This document shows positions 46,801 to 55,460 of a stretch of 64,000 bases of DNA, in pieces. Location: positions 128,001-192,000 of the IMG/VR virus record IMGVR_UViG_3300021091_000001. One strand, 5' to 3'. The notes under the pieces are model-generated. The model was not told the DNA's origin. It ran no database searches and saw nothing but the letters and a program-made list of their open reading frames with translations. Origin of the DNA: a virus (taxonomy: Duplodnaviria > Caudoviricetes). Each line of letters starts with the position of its first letter. Position 1 is the stretch's first letter. The translations under genes were made by a program, and so were the position numbers.

Positions 46801-47559
46801 CCCACCCAAATCAAATGGCGTAAGCATTGTTGCCATATTAATGGCAGACTGCTTAGAAAAGTCTGCTATAACATCTACTGGGTTATACCATTTAACCCTT
46901 CTTCTATCTTGCTCTGTACCAAAGAATGGATCTACAACAGCCCTTTGTGTGACATACATTGCTGGAAGCTCAAAAGCTAGATTTCTAGCTCTTTTAACTA
47001 AAGCTTGTTGCATATCATCTTTGAAAGACCATACTGCTGCTGGCTCTCTAGTTACTCCAGCTGAAGCCTGCCTAATTTCTCCACTAGTTAAAAACTGATT
47101 TCCCTCTAACTGAAAAAGACCACCCTGAAGACGAGTAAGATTTTGTTTAGCAGTGCGTCCATCTATTTGAAAAATTAATTTTGAATATACGTCAGATGGA
47201 TCTACACCATCTATTTGCCTCGTTACACCTTCAAGTTCGTCAAGAGCTTTCTTTATCTTTCCGGCACTCTCGACAAATCTTGTCGCGGATCCAGCAAATT
47301 TTCCACCCGAATCAGCTGTTGACTGAATAAACTTTGCTAGTTTTATTCCACCACTTTTTATAATTTTTGATGCAACTACAGATCCTGCCATTGTTGCTGT
47401 ACTGGCAGCAAAAAAGCGCATAACGGGATGACCGTTAAGCGCTTTACTTAAAATGCCTGAGTTAGGACTTGGACCTTCTGTCTCGCCCTCTCTGATGGGA
47501 ATATCTCTGGATGTTACACCAAAGCCTAAAGAACTAATGGGGCCACGATCTCTGATCAT
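40894..47559 (-). CDS. Tail tape measure protein (2221 aa)
   Basis: Long Ala/Gly/Gln-rich helical ORF with hydrophobic segments, immediately downstream of the tail chaperones and tube genes. Confidence 0.75.
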   Translation of the reverse strand: MIRDRGPISSLGFGVTSRDIPIREGETEGPSPNSGILSKALNGHPVMRFFAASTATMAGSVVASKIIKSGGIKLAKFIQSTADSGGKFAGSATRFVESAGKIKKALDELEGVTRQIDGVDPSDVYSKLIFQIDGRTAKQNLTRLQGGLFQLEGNQFLTSGEIRQASAGVTREPAAVWSFKDDMQQALVKRARNLAFELPAMYVTQRAVVDPFFGTEQDRRRVKWYNPVDVIADFSKQSAINMATMLTPFDLGGAAISRIKFLAAAPTAKNPNLRLTARQTKFSNAILDVKTILSAFGQDVEKVVGSLTRNTTAMTAAFATAVKEGGAAEGNVVFAMRQARRGSREAGAAAGAGGQAGKLRKAAASVKAYLFGYEIQNVGHIDHGTRLQGFADAVPSLKGITLGVAEFRTRFKAARTAYDVVNGAISYDQGLAAVSGIRSANPQELLASSIKQVRSLHSSIFSDYSNSILRFMGPSAIAGQGLSQGKFAKEIETEEYKKALYRHLVSNGVNEGTADVFIKKVGLVSIPRSYGSAENISQRMQFGATKIIDKNNTQDFFKQVISRDNELEKIADATFTPEAFESAVILTDVLFANKQFQQNLKAKINRAWSAFYDDVAIPTGRKMVRAQKALYKDFEGDISQDKADYLARSAADELGINLLDENGQRVSRAVIGDSLARRGIDISNIGQLRAFLMQQKRMTSSTSKEGYNLFGLKPLLIDEAFDMGMFGYLDDNQTNVIEGLASEIARTDPISSSIGYSELKGVYRTQSGNIIDTTRLRSAAFGAMNFVRDQLQIPIIKFNPLDMIGYGGPQGIDHRNIFSMVPSLSFQPFGQIASEGASALVFAQERRRFFGPTGSIYSISGTSDSLAKKVSKLTGTFRQFATNENDMFSRTARIVAGRQINQNLPQAGQQEQSGLSILEKIQRRFDVAEEQPNSLLRYFGRFRQRRQDLYNPVVFGKLLRNEVVETKRGSTLSLTSEADNLLKVVDESGDQVYGHQEVLRAYESFRRRIQSYGTPVPVIRGAEQKYSSENFLRNILSGSDEGINLSQVRSQAEMREFAVKEIEKAQATSAAVSSQSVDTRSLTASMGVVRSKLEEFDLDEMSPRVATSPTITTKVDELREAIFQLALQRRAFAAAQNTGNVDIGQFVIDIEQIILELLSRDIISKNQATEARAAGLSSVLNFVAFRGYKKSATESENLTQALKSLMSIRDSGSQSFATLLDPFISQNIVNVGTGGIGNDVISIFRPFVSRTFKPSEYRLKETAVNELGNQGTVFVPTFGTVVSSVGFGRAAKSALGFSTYSDAEAFSAASVPVSHGVQRLNKYFETFGLGLDESKYSGPMSLYAGGMVAKRAVPLVLGGTALLTADRTIGGLANERDRRGERVYSPYFTSKLARSAVEAQSVLSGITPGGMSYEEKKEQLLEGEVPIRQGRYWPLGVTPFKGGKVMYYRPSYYKRLQAGANYTSESFGSPLERFAFGYDFSPLRPFDPYRFEEKQYYDRPYPTTGEYFTGPWGPVTSVLNATFGKLLKPQRLMHQQETISALGQYVSAGQSGAYNPQGLISSGRVQRISGPAMGQGGSALVSSTGGGYGPVANQISQANSRLSYMGGMPLQTASRISNSSIANINNIYVQAAQFGPPPVPGNVPPGIVAAGQPVESNRFGMVSGEIGYRLQETAGIYGFAFASLREKFGFGQGDLQPQRSMLQSASKAYGSTRAFWDLNLGGLGDIPIKPEGALGNVEISEIVRRFVPKERTDINYINPIQNTMGIKYPFLPGADYFMNFQQGDPFTRVQEGELRLPGIGYERLNPDMSGYNDPITQLDILGDIAPYSKQFRKLNTQITMASIDPGQREKLQEIRARVDEATTKYTFSEYKYKYSSPEELNLSISALTLGRVGEYIAHRDTFINTKLLSDRTAQEDWERRNVYGATFPEWQNPIDSFIKPMLYKSQGRNPLTSGLVMSGVMSQFGRSPKAKTGSSLIGFTTGAGYSLYSKTKQAITGERFMPQERKKQLALEEYIDILSYVKNTRLSNEAKTQGDMAAAAQFSQAAKRTMYGADLENSSVQTLSLAIPKRKREHFKAMINAPLQERERILSTAPRLERRIYEAAWGMKVESRPDLVEYFSRHELPDLGWEGWHPNTNMDHVKIKMGESMGINMSQMGYYPQQVREAELVNPSYPEFKKEQDSENVAAQIRMMMSRNGISGNVVPVLNGFGSSGIDIYSGVR

Positions 47560-47573
47560 TTTTTATTCCCCCC

Positions 47574-48203
47574 TTATTTTAGGCCCCAAAGCTTCTGAGC
47601 AACAGGATCTTCGTATACTGCTTCGCCTGGCTTCTTGGACTGATTATATCTATTGGCAAAATCTTTTTGCTTTTTTGTTTCTTCTTCTGGATCAATCAAC
47701 TGCAAGCTTACATTCGTTGATTCAATTCCAAGTATGCTTTGTTTAATTTCTATGATTTTTTCTGCCAAAGCAACATTTTCTGCCAACATTGTATATGTCA
47801 TATTGTCTAAATCATCAGGACTATATGTAGCAATAGTAGCCAAAACAAAGGCTTTCATTAAGCTTCTCACCTCTGAAGCTTTTAACCTTTTTTCTTCTAA
47901 AACATTTTTAGCTTTTTTAATAGAAGAAAAGCCAGACTCTTCCAATATCTCATCGGCAAGAGAAGATATTAATCCAGCAGGATATTTATCGCAGTTAAAC
48001 TGTTCTGGAAAAACAACTACATTTTTTATTATTAAATCTTCTATATCTACATTAGTGTAGTCACTAGAGTTTTGATATTCACAAATCTTGTCAAACTCAG
48101 AAAAAGTTAACTCTCTAAATACAATATCTTGACCTTTTATCTGTGTTACAAATAAAGATCCATAATTTTTTTTTAGTTCGTATAACTTTTCTGAGTCTAA
48201 CAT
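47574..48203 (-). CDS. Tail assembly chaperone
   Basis: 209 aa, 'ELKKNYGSLF...IVFRELTFSEF' pattern, directly upstream of the tape measure gene. Confidence 0.65.
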   Translation of the reverse strand: MLDSEKLYELKKNYGSLFVTQIKGQDIVFRELTFSEFDKICEYQNSSDYTNVDIEDLIIKNVVVFPEQFNCDKYPAGLISSLADEILEESGFSSIKKAKNVLEEKRLKASEVRSLMKAFVLATIATYSPDDLDNMTYTMLAENVALAEKIIEIKQSILGIESTNVSLQLIDPEEETKKQKDFANRYNQSKKPGEAVYEDPVAQKLWGLK

Positions 48204-48206
48204 TAA

Positions 48207-48725
48207 CTATAACTGACGAACCTCAAGGGCAACGAAGCCAGAAGCTTCTAGAACTTCTTGAGCTATAAGCGAAGGAAGTCCTGCCAACTCTCCAACAATA
48301 CTCTGCTTGTCATAAGCGGGATAAAGAACACAAATCTCAGAAATTGCTTCTTCATTCCAAAGATTGGCTTCCGCTGAAGATAACTGACCAGCTTCAATTA
48401 ACTGTTCCATCTTTCTTACAAGATTCTTATATTCTAATCTCGTAAGAGTTCTCCATGCTATGTGCTTATCATAAGTGATTGAAGTAACGTAAACGTCTCC
48501 ATGCTCACTCTTCCAGTCTTTAATCATTCGTGCAGTTGGTCCATTTGGCCAAATCAACTCTTCATCATCAAGATCTTCAACCGTACTTGGTTCTTGTGCA
48601 ATCTCTATTTCTTCTTCTTCAATCTCAGAAATATTTTTTTCTTGGACTATATATGCTTCATCCGAACCAACCTCTTGTGCCAATTCAGGTGACTGTTTTA
48701 CAACTACTTTTCTTCCTTCAGTCAT
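48207..48725 (-). CDS. Tail assembly chaperone (paralog)
   Basis: 172 aa acidic protein. 'DWKSEHGDVY...IAWRTLTRLEY...AGLPSLIAQEVLEASGF' is paralogous to 47574..48203 ('AGLISSLADEILEESGF'). Confidence 0.65.
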   Translation of the reverse strand: MTEGRKVVVKQSPELAQEVGSDEAYIVQEKNISEIEEEEIEIAQEPSTVEDLDDEELIWPNGPTARMIKDWKSEHGDVYVTSITYDKHIAWRTLTRLEYKNLVRKMEQLIEAGQLSSAEANLWNEEAISEICVLYPAYDKQSIVGELAGLPSLIAQEVLEASGFVALEVRQL

Positions 48726-48759
48726 TATTTCTCCTATTTAAATAAATACACTTTGACAT

Positions 48760-48789
48760 ATTATAACATGAACAAATTTTAAAATACAA
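48760..48789 (-). promoter_or_regulatory. Sigma70/sigmaA-type promoter (TTGTAT-18-TATAAT, extended -10 TGn)
   Basis: TTGTAT...CATGT TATAAT in a 65-nt intergenic gap, 35 nt upstream of an ATG with a GGAG RBS. Confidence 0.6.
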
Positions 48790-48790
48790 A

Positions 48791-49849
48791 TTATTTAGTT
48801 CTTTCATTTAGTAATCTTAGCTCATTAGGTGTTAATGGTGGCTGTACCTTGTTTGAATCTGTTTGTTTTGTTCCTTCCGATTCAACATCAGAAAGTATTG
48901 ACTTATCTGTAGATCTTATATTTCCATTAGAAACATACATATCTCTTGCTATAAAAGAGTAGTTTTCAACAACTGCAACTCCACCAGGAGTGACACTTAG
49001 ATTCATCGATGACAGATTTACATCTTGTATAACTATGTCCATTTCAACAGCTACTTTTCCTGGCTTTACAAGTCTCTCGTTAAAATCTGTTGCCATCAAT
49101 CTATCTAGAGTATCAAAATCATCTTCTGAATTAGTTCCCTTATTTCTAGCTATTGTTGAAACTGATCCTTCTTGAGTTCCGTATTTAATAATTAAATTAA
49201 ATGGTGGGTGCGCACTAAAAATGTTTCTTTGATCCGAGCCATCTGAATCTGCGGCTAGTCTATCTAAATTAGATCTATTCCAGTATCTTCTTATGTTTTT
49301 TTCATCTTCAATAGACTGTTCATCTCTGCCCGATAAGTAAGATTGTATTCTGGCATTCTTATCTCCATTGTTAAACAAAATTCTTTGTTCAGCGGCAACA
49401 GATAGTAGCTCACGCATTCTTCCTGGATACCTAGAATACATCGAGAACTGGCCATTAATGATTCTTACTCCACTCATAATGACATCATACGTATAGGACC
49501 AAAAACCATACAGTGGTTGCTTTTCTTGGCTAATTGAAAATGCAACTCCGGCTAAATCCAATTCATATTCTGGATCAAATAAACCATCTATATAAACTCT
49601 AATGTCTTCGCCAGTAAAATAATAATCATAATAGGTATTAAATTTTTCCCCATCAGATGTTTTGCCAGCCCACTGTGCATCGACTTTTTCATTCAGTGGA
49701 TCAAATGACTTGCCTGTTCTGATTGTTGTAGATGGAAGTGATCCTCCACGACCATAAAGTCTTTCTTGAAGATCTGCTGGCAAATAAGTTGTAAACGGTC
49801 TATAAGATCTATTTCCAACAACATCTTTATAATCAAAATCTGATGCCAT
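48791..49849 (-). CDS. Tail-tube-like protein (tube initiator/baseplate tube paralog)
   Basis: 'YFTGEDIRVYI...SQEKQPLYGF...GVRIINGQFSM' parallels the tube protein 'FSGADIVATF...TREKAPIYTMG...GKRGIAGSLIF'. Confidence 0.6.
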   Translation of the reverse strand: MASDFDYKDVVGNRSYRPFTTYLPADLQERLYGRGGSLPSTTIRTGKSFDPLNEKVDAQWAGKTSDGEKFNTYYDYYFTGEDIRVYIDGLFDPEYELDLAGVAFSISQEKQPLYGFWSYTYDVIMSGVRIINGQFSMYSRYPGRMRELLSVAAEQRILFNNGDKNARIQSYLSGRDEQSIEDEKNIRRYWNRSNLDRLAADSDGSDQRNIFSAHPPFNLIIKYGTQEGSVSTIARNKGTNSEDDFDTLDRLMATDFNERLVKPGKVAVEMDIVIQDVNLSSMNLSVTPGGVAVVENYSFIARDMYVSNGNIRSTDKSILSDVESEGTKQTDSNKVQPPLTPNELRLLNERTK

Positions 49850-49855
49850 TTATTA

Positions 49856-50587
49856 CTACCTAACGTTTCTTGGAGCTTTAGGTTGTGGTGGAACTATTCT
49901 ATCAATTAATTCAGTATAAGACTTGAGTGTTTTTTCAGAGTAGAAATTCTTCTGCCTTTGAAGATACATTGCTCTTTCATCATTAGGCAAAAGTAGTGGA
50001 TCTGTTTCCATGCTTACTAATGGCTGAATTCCTCTTGCCATATATACATATGTCTGCTCAGTAATTAAGTCATCAACAGACATTGTCTGACCTTCATCTA
50101 CTATAGTAACGCCATAAATTTTCATTTTTGCACCGAGGCCATACTCATTAAAAAAGCTAAGAACGATATCAAATGGCGGTAACATATCTGCAAGTGGAGC
50201 AAAAAATAGACCTGTTTCAGACATCATTTGTCTGAATTCTCTAATCCTATAAAAAGCATACTCGTTAAAGACTGTGAAGATTAAAGACCCACCTATTGTT
50301 CTTCCACCCTTTATAAAGCCCCTTGGATTTACGTGGCCAATTGTTCTTACTGGTGCATTTTCTCTGTGGACTGAATATGATATTGTTTGTAGTTCGCCAA
50401 GATTAAGAACATCTGTTCCCTCTATTGTTCCAGTATCTCTGTTGATTGCTGGTATTACCATTGCTGCGGAGATATCGACGCCAGCAAATGACATGTTTGA
50501 AAAAGGATCTGGAAGATTATGATCTATTCTATATTTTGAAAAAGAACCTTCATCATAATTCCAAGAATTATTTTTGTTAAACATCAT
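49856..50587 (-). CDS. Tail-tube-like protein (paralog 2)
   Basis: 'FAGVDI...SVHRENAPVRTIGHVNPRGFIKGGRTIGGSLIFTVF...LPPFDIVLSFFNEYG' is clearly similar to 50661..51368. Confidence 0.75.
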   Translation of the reverse strand: MMFNKNNSWNYDEGSFSKYRIDHNLPDPFSNMSFAGVDISAAMVIPAINRDTGTIEGTDVLNLGELQTISYSVHRENAPVRTIGHVNPRGFIKGGRTIGGSLIFTVFNEYAFYRIREFRQMMSETGLFFAPLADMLPPFDIVLSFFNEYGLGAKMKIYGVTIVDEGQTMSVDDLITEQTYVYMARGIQPLVSMETDPLLLPNDERAMYLQRQKNFYSEKTLKSYTELIDRIVPPQPKAPRNVR

Positions 50588-50594
50588 TATCCTT

Positions 50595-50638
50595 TATAAA
50601 ATAAATGTGGGGACTAGAAAAAATCCAGCCCCCACATT
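50595..50638 (-). terminator. Rho-independent terminator after the major tube gene
   Basis: Hairpin AAUGUGGGGCUGGA-UUUUU-UCUAGUCCCCACAUU followed by UAUUUUAU, just after the tube stop codon. Confidence 0.75.
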
Positions 50639-50660
50639 ATTTAAATATAATATTTAGATT

Positions 50661-51368
50661 TTATGGTCTAATTATCTTAGTGCCGTTTTTGTTTAGACCG
50701 GCTGTAGTAGGAGTGCTCTCGTTGATGATCTTCTTAAGTGGATTATCTCCACCAAAAATACCACCAGTCAACTGAGCGTTTGATATCTTATACATTGGGC
50801 CAATTTCACGAGCAACGTAGGTCATTGTCTCTTCGATAACAATGTCATCCATTGAAGCTCCTGAACCTTCATTAAGAAGCTCAACTCCATAGATTGATCT
50901 TACCGCACCCTGGCCATACTCGTTAGCAAAGGTGATTGTAATATCAAATGGCGGAATCTGGTCTGCGTAGAAAGGAACCTGAGAAACGATATCAAGCTCT
51001 TGCTTATCAAACTCTGCAATGCCTCTCTTATGATTCGCATCACCAGGAAGAGTATTGCTTACTCTTGTGAAAAAGTTCTGTGGATTGCTATTGGTGTAGT
51101 TAGTCTCAAGCATTTGATAGAGGGCTGGTCTATCAAAAACTGTAAAGATTAATGATCCTGCGATACCTCTCTTGCCTCTTGAGAAAGAACGTGGGTTTGG
51201 TGAACCCATTGTGTAGATTGGGGCTTTTTCTCTGGTTACCGAGAAGGTAATGCCAGAAAGTGCACCAATTTCAACGCCACCAAAGGTAGCAACTATATCT
51301 GCGCCCGAAAAGGTTGTGTAAGTATTAAGATACTTATTAACCGGGCCATCATAATAATCATCAGCCAT
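50661..51368 (-). CDS. Major tail tube protein
   Basis: Directly after the sheath gene and followed by a terminator. Motif 'GSPNPRSFSRGKRGIAGSLIF'. Confidence 0.8.
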   Translation of the reverse strand: MADDYYDGPVNKYLNTYTTFSGADIVATFGGVEIGALSGITFSVTREKAPIYTMGSPNPRSFSRGKRGIAGSLIFTVFDRPALYQMLETNYTNSNPQNFFTRVSNTLPGDANHKRGIAEFDKQELDIVSQVPFYADQIPPFDITITFANEYGQGAVRSIYGVELLNEGSGASMDDIVIEETMTYVAREIGPMYKISNAQLTGGIFGGDNPLKKIINESTPTTAGLNKNGTKIIRP

Positions 51369-51394
51369 TTATATACCCTCCAATACGGTATTTA

Positions 51395-52657
51395 TTATAT
51401 GCTTAGTGCGACTTGAACTTCAATTGTCTTGAGTTCAAATGCTGGTGTTAATACGAGGTCAACAAACGCCTTGTTTTCTGCAGGGAAGTAGCTTACGCTA
51501 AAGTCACTGCTGAGCAGGGCACCCATTTGTTGCATACCTCTAAGTGCAGAAGTAATTGCTGTCTCCATTGAGTTACGTGTCTGAAGTGTTGATGCTTCAC
51601 CAATAAACTTCTGACATACTTGTCTCACCAAAGTAGCTGCTTCTGAGATTATTCTAAAAGTAGAAATTCTTGTGTAGTCAGAAGTTGGCTGTGCCATTGT
51701 GAGGCCTTCAACAAATGTAGGAACCTTATTGAAGTTAAGAGCAATAAAGTTGGATCCCTTCTCTGACATTGCGAGTTGCTGAGTTCTAGTTGGGTTGTAT
51801 CTGATTGATGCAACGTTGTATGCTGTCTTGTTTATTGGAGAAGTAAACGAAGCCATTCTTGAAATAGCTGCAGCAAATGTAGTTGCACCATTAGCAAATC
51901 CCCATGTGCTGTCGTAGTTAACGGGCTTGAGTTCTGAAGCAATAACAACAACGTACTTATTTGCTCCGTCATTTGCACCACCAGCTTCAAAAGTTGCATC
52001 TGTTCTTGACACAAGACCTGCAAGACCACCTGAGCCAATATGTGTTGCTACTTCACTTGGTGTCATAATCTCTGAAGAACCATCAACATAAGGCTTGACA
52101 CCCATGATCGCAAAGCATGGGTAGCTATTCTCTGAAATTTCCTTAATTTTTTTACCAACCTTAGCAACAAAGCTATTTGCTGAGCTTGAGTTGTCAGCAA
52201 CAAAGCCATAAACATCGCCTGGCCAGCCTGGTGTTGCTCCTGGTTCATAGTCAAAGTCAGTTGTCTTTGCGCCTCTACCCCAAGGAACAATAATGTCTGG
52301 CTGACAAGACTCAGCTGCATCAAATGCGGCATCAAAAACGCTTGTGCCACCTGATGTTACTGTGCCAGATGAGTAGTTCCACGCTGTATTTGATGGTAGT
52401 GGAACAATGAAAATTCTTTCAGCTCCACCTGCAATCAATTCAAAGTATGCTTTATGTGCATCTGAATCTAGACCAAATGCATCAATAACATCTTTTTCGC
52501 TAGTAGCTTGAACTACGTCAAGATCCTTCACGTTGCCGGTATTATCGGCATTATTTCTCTTAGCGATTACACAGATCTTTGGACCGACAGGAATGTCTTG
52601 TCTAGAAATGCTGTAAAAGCGATCCTTTATAATTGTTTTTACACCTGGTAGAGCCAT
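51395..52657 (-). CDS. Tail sheath protein
   Basis: Start ATG 52657 after GGAGG. 'MALPGVKT' N-terminus and sheath C-terminal pattern 'ISTFRIISEA...RQVCQKFIG...VDLVLTPAFELKTIEVQV'. Confidence 0.85.
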   Translation of the reverse strand: MALPGVKTIIKDRFYSISRQDIPVGPKICVIAKRNNADNTGNVKDLDVVQATSEKDVIDAFGLDSDAHKAYFELIAGGAERIFIVPLPSNTAWNYSSGTVTSGGTSVFDAAFDAAESCQPDIIVPWGRGAKTTDFDYEPGATPGWPGDVYGFVADNSSSANSFVAKVGKKIKEISENSYPCFAIMGVKPYVDGSSEIMTPSEVATHIGSGGLAGLVSRTDATFEAGGANDGANKYVVVIASELKPVNYDSTWGFANGATTFAAAISRMASFTSPINKTAYNVASIRYNPTRTQQLAMSEKGSNFIALNFNKVPTFVEGLTMAQPTSDYTRISTFRIISEAATLVRQVCQKFIGEASTLQTRNSMETAITSALRGMQQMGALLSSDFSVSYFPAENKAFVDLVLTPAFELKTIEVQVALSI

Positions 52658-52743
52658 TGGACTATAGACCTCCGATTGCGGCAAATAAGAATATGTTTAC
52701 TTCAGGAAATATAGTAACAGAGAACTTGTAAAAACAAACTACA

Positions 52744-53481
52744 TTAACAGTCTGGAGTAGCACTTTGATATAGGTCTATTATATTAACTTCAGTCCCAGC
52801 GAAATTGGGAGTAGCAGGAGATAAGGCTTCTTCCCATATAGAATTTTCATAAGCCATATACCTTCTCACGTCTATGACTATCTTCTCAATTTGATCGATT
52901 GTCTGTGCAAATAACTTCTCAGTTGTTAACATATAGGTAACAGTTCTTTTACAAATGTCGGCACTGTCTCTATTTTCATCTGAATCAGAGAGCCTTCTAG
53001 AATACACGAATTCTGAAGCTCCTAATCTTTTAAAAACAGGAGTATGCTCAAGCATAAAGTCCTCAAATATCTCTACAATATTATCTGCAACTTCTGACCC
53101 AGAATATCTCTTAGCAGTGCCCTGGGCTATTCCAGAGTCAGCTTCTGTCATTACGGTAAAACTGACAATATTTTGAAATCTTTGTCCAAAAACAACAACA
53201 TTCTTATTTGTTTGAGTAGTTCTTGTTCTTGGCTTTGGCTCACTTGTGTGAGTTTTTCTAAGTTCGAGCCCATATGCTATCACAGGATATTCTGCATACC
53301 TGCCACCTTGTGATGGAACTATTTTAATATCTGGATATGCATTTTCCCAAAGTGCTTTAACTACTGCTATAAATTCAAGGTATGTTAAATTTCCACTAGC
53401 CTGAAGTGGCTCACCAAAAATTCTATCGTAACTTATATCATTGGTATTTCCAGATGGGAATCCAATTGTATTTTGGGTCAT
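52744..53481 (-). CDS. Tail completion/terminator-like protein
   Basis: 245 aa, between the neck genes and the sheath gene. Assignment is from synteny. Confidence 0.5.
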   Translation of the reverse strand: MTQNTIGFPSGNTNDISYDRIFGEPLQASGNLTYLEFIAVVKALWENAYPDIKIVPSQGGRYAEYPVIAYGLELRKTHTSEPKPRTRTTQTNKNVVVFGQRFQNIVSFTVMTEADSGIAQGTAKRYSGSEVADNIVEIFEDFMLEHTPVFKRLGASEFVYSRRLSDSDENRDSADICKRTVTYMLTTEKLFAQTIDQIEKIVIDVRRYMAYENSIWEEALSPATPNFAGTEVNIIDLYQSATPDC

Positions 53482-55079
53482 TATATCCCCTTACCTGTCG
53501 CAACATTAAAAGATATTTCTCTTAAAGTTCTTGAGGAAGTAACTGATATATTAAAATATAAGACTCCTCTTTCTTCTCGATCTGCGTAAGAATCCATCCT
53601 ATAATTAACAAGTGCTCCTGATGATTTTAATGCAGATAAGAATTCTTGAACATAGCTTATAATTTTCTCATAACCAAATTTACCTATTGCTAAATTGCCC
53701 AAAGACTGAACTTCGTTAATAATAGTTGCAACTAATCTAACATTTGAAGAGTCTTCATAGTTTTGACTAATAGATTGAGTATAATCGCTAGTTAGATATA
53801 TATCGTATAAAGCGGCTCTTCTTGATCTTTGCCCTCTAACTGCTGTATTGATCTTCTTTTCTTGTAGTCTTTTTACTTGGGCGGCATTTATATCAATTCC
53901 GTGCAATGATAATGCAGAAGGTATCCTAGTTTTTGTTAGTCCCATATCTATTCTAGTTGAAGACAACATTCCTGCAACTGCAGCTGCTAAAGTTGACGTA
54001 TAGCTTCTTTGAAGTTGCTTGTGACTAAAAACTGCTTCGCCATAGAGTAAAATAACATATCTTCCATCATCTTTTGTAATATAACCATCTGGAGTAATTG
54101 AGCTATCTATGTCAAAATCTTTTGTATACAGTTCATCTATATCTTCTTGTTTGACTCCATTGCTTCTAGAGCCAATAATTCCAATTTGCACTTCGCCAGT
54201 TTCTTCTTGCATTTTATTGCAATGAATAGCTAACTGTTTTACGAAATTATTTGAACCAGTATTTATTATAGAAGCTTCTAATGGAACAATAATGTCAATG
54301 AACTCATAGTCTTCTAATAGCCTATAACATTCTACTAGCCTGTTGTAATATAGGTCATAGAAACTATATGTGTTTGGAGTTGTTGAATTGTCTTTAAATA
54401 TTAATATATTTCTTGAATCGATATCAGGAACATACTCTGCCATATATCCTGCAGACATCAAATATATATCTCTTGCTCCAGAAGTGTATGCATCGAACAT
54501 TCCTCTTAGGAGAGGTGAATTAAAGTCACCTCTTAGTATATTAATGCCTTCTTGCATTGACTTCACTTTAACAATACCATATGGTTGTATTGCGTCTGTA
54601 TGACCAATCAATAAAACATTCATTGTTGATGAATCAGAAACACTGTCATATCTTGCTCTATTGTCAATCTTTATTGATTTAGAACCTATATCATATCCAT
54701 CTTGATATGAAGCGTAGCCTTTTTTTGATTGAATATTTATTTCTTTAAAATCTTGAACTCCTGCAACTTCTGCTGTTATCTCTACAGAATAAAATCCATC
54801 AAAAAGATTTTGTGGAGTTTTAAATGATAATGTGTAAGATCCTACAGAATTTTTTTTCAAAGTATGAACAGGATCACTTGAACCTATTGGAAATAAATAT
54901 CCAGTTGATATTGTTGACTCATTTGGGCTCACTGAATAAGGTCCAAGTATTGTTGGACCTACTCCATCCATTCCTCTGCGAAAAAGTATTTTAATATTTC
55001 CAGTTGGATCAGTGTAATTTACGCCTGATCTAAATATAATAGGAATCTCTACTTGAGTATTTGGACTTATTACTAGCAT
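53481..55079 (-). CDS. Second sheath-like protein with N-terminal Ig-like domain
   Basis: The C-terminal ~390 aa parallel the sheath (LLIG..., GARDIYLM, DIIVP, AAAVAGMLS, VRLVATIINEV...KFG, FNISVTSSRTLREISFNV). Confidence 0.65.
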   Translation of the reverse strand: MLVISPNTQVEIPIIFRSGVNYTDPTGNIKILFRRGMDGVGPTILGPYSVSPNESTISTGYLFPIGSSDPVHTLKKNSVGSYTLSFKTPQNLFDGFYSVEITAEVAGVQDFKEINIQSKKGYASYQDGYDIGSKSIKIDNRARYDSVSDSSTMNVLLIGHTDAIQPYGIVKVKSMQEGINILRGDFNSPLLRGMFDAYTSGARDIYLMSAGYMAEYVPDIDSRNILIFKDNSTTPNTYSFYDLYYNRLVECYRLLEDYEFIDIIVPLEASIINTGSNNFVKQLAIHCNKMQEETGEVQIGIIGSRSNGVKQEDIDELYTKDFDIDSSITPDGYITKDDGRYVILLYGEAVFSHKQLQRSYTSTLAAAVAGMLSSTRIDMGLTKTRIPSALSLHGIDINAAQVKRLQEKKINTAVRGQRSRRAALYDIYLTSDYTQSISQNYEDSSNVRLVATIINEVQSLGNLAIGKFGYEKIISYVQEFLSALKSSGALVNYRMDSYADREERGVLYFNISVTSSRTLREISFNVATGKGI

Positions 55080-55460
55080 TTAAGAACTTGGACTTTCTTT
55101 TGTTGCACCAACTATCCAATAGTTGATTTTTCCTTGACGACCCCTAACACCATGTGCGCTATCTATTACATAGATCATAGCATCTTCTAGAGAACCGTCT
55201 CCTTCTTCATATATTCTATCTCCAGATTTTGGTTTTACCCAATCTTCGAAATAATAAATAATGTCTGCATTGACAACGTAACCTTCCATCTCTTCTTGTA
55301 GTCTAGTTGCCATTGTGGAGGTCTTTGCAACCATGCTTCTTGTTGTAATTCTCTCTAACGTATCAGAATATACGAAGTCATCTGACAATCTTCTTTGGTA
55401 GAAGATATCATGACCCCAATCGCTCAGAATCTTTTTAAAAACTCTTTTTGCATCAATCAT
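55080..55460 (-). CDS. Head closure/neck protein
   Basis: 126 aa beta-rich protein, 'VKPKSGDRIYE...YVIDSAHGVRG'. Synteny with the connector gene. Confidence 0.55.
   Translation of the reverse strand: MIDAKRVFKKILSDWGHDIFYQRRLSDDFVYSDTLERITTRSMVAKTSTMATRLQEEMEGYVVNADIIYYFEDWVKPKSGDRIYEEGDGSLEDAMIYVIDSAHGVRGRQGKINYWIVGATKESPSS

Noticed and set aside
47574-48725. Classic lambda G/GT-type -1 frameshift between tail chaperones
   Set aside because: The two genes are separate paralogs (TAG, 3 nt, ATG), with no slippery heptamer or CGG near the junction.
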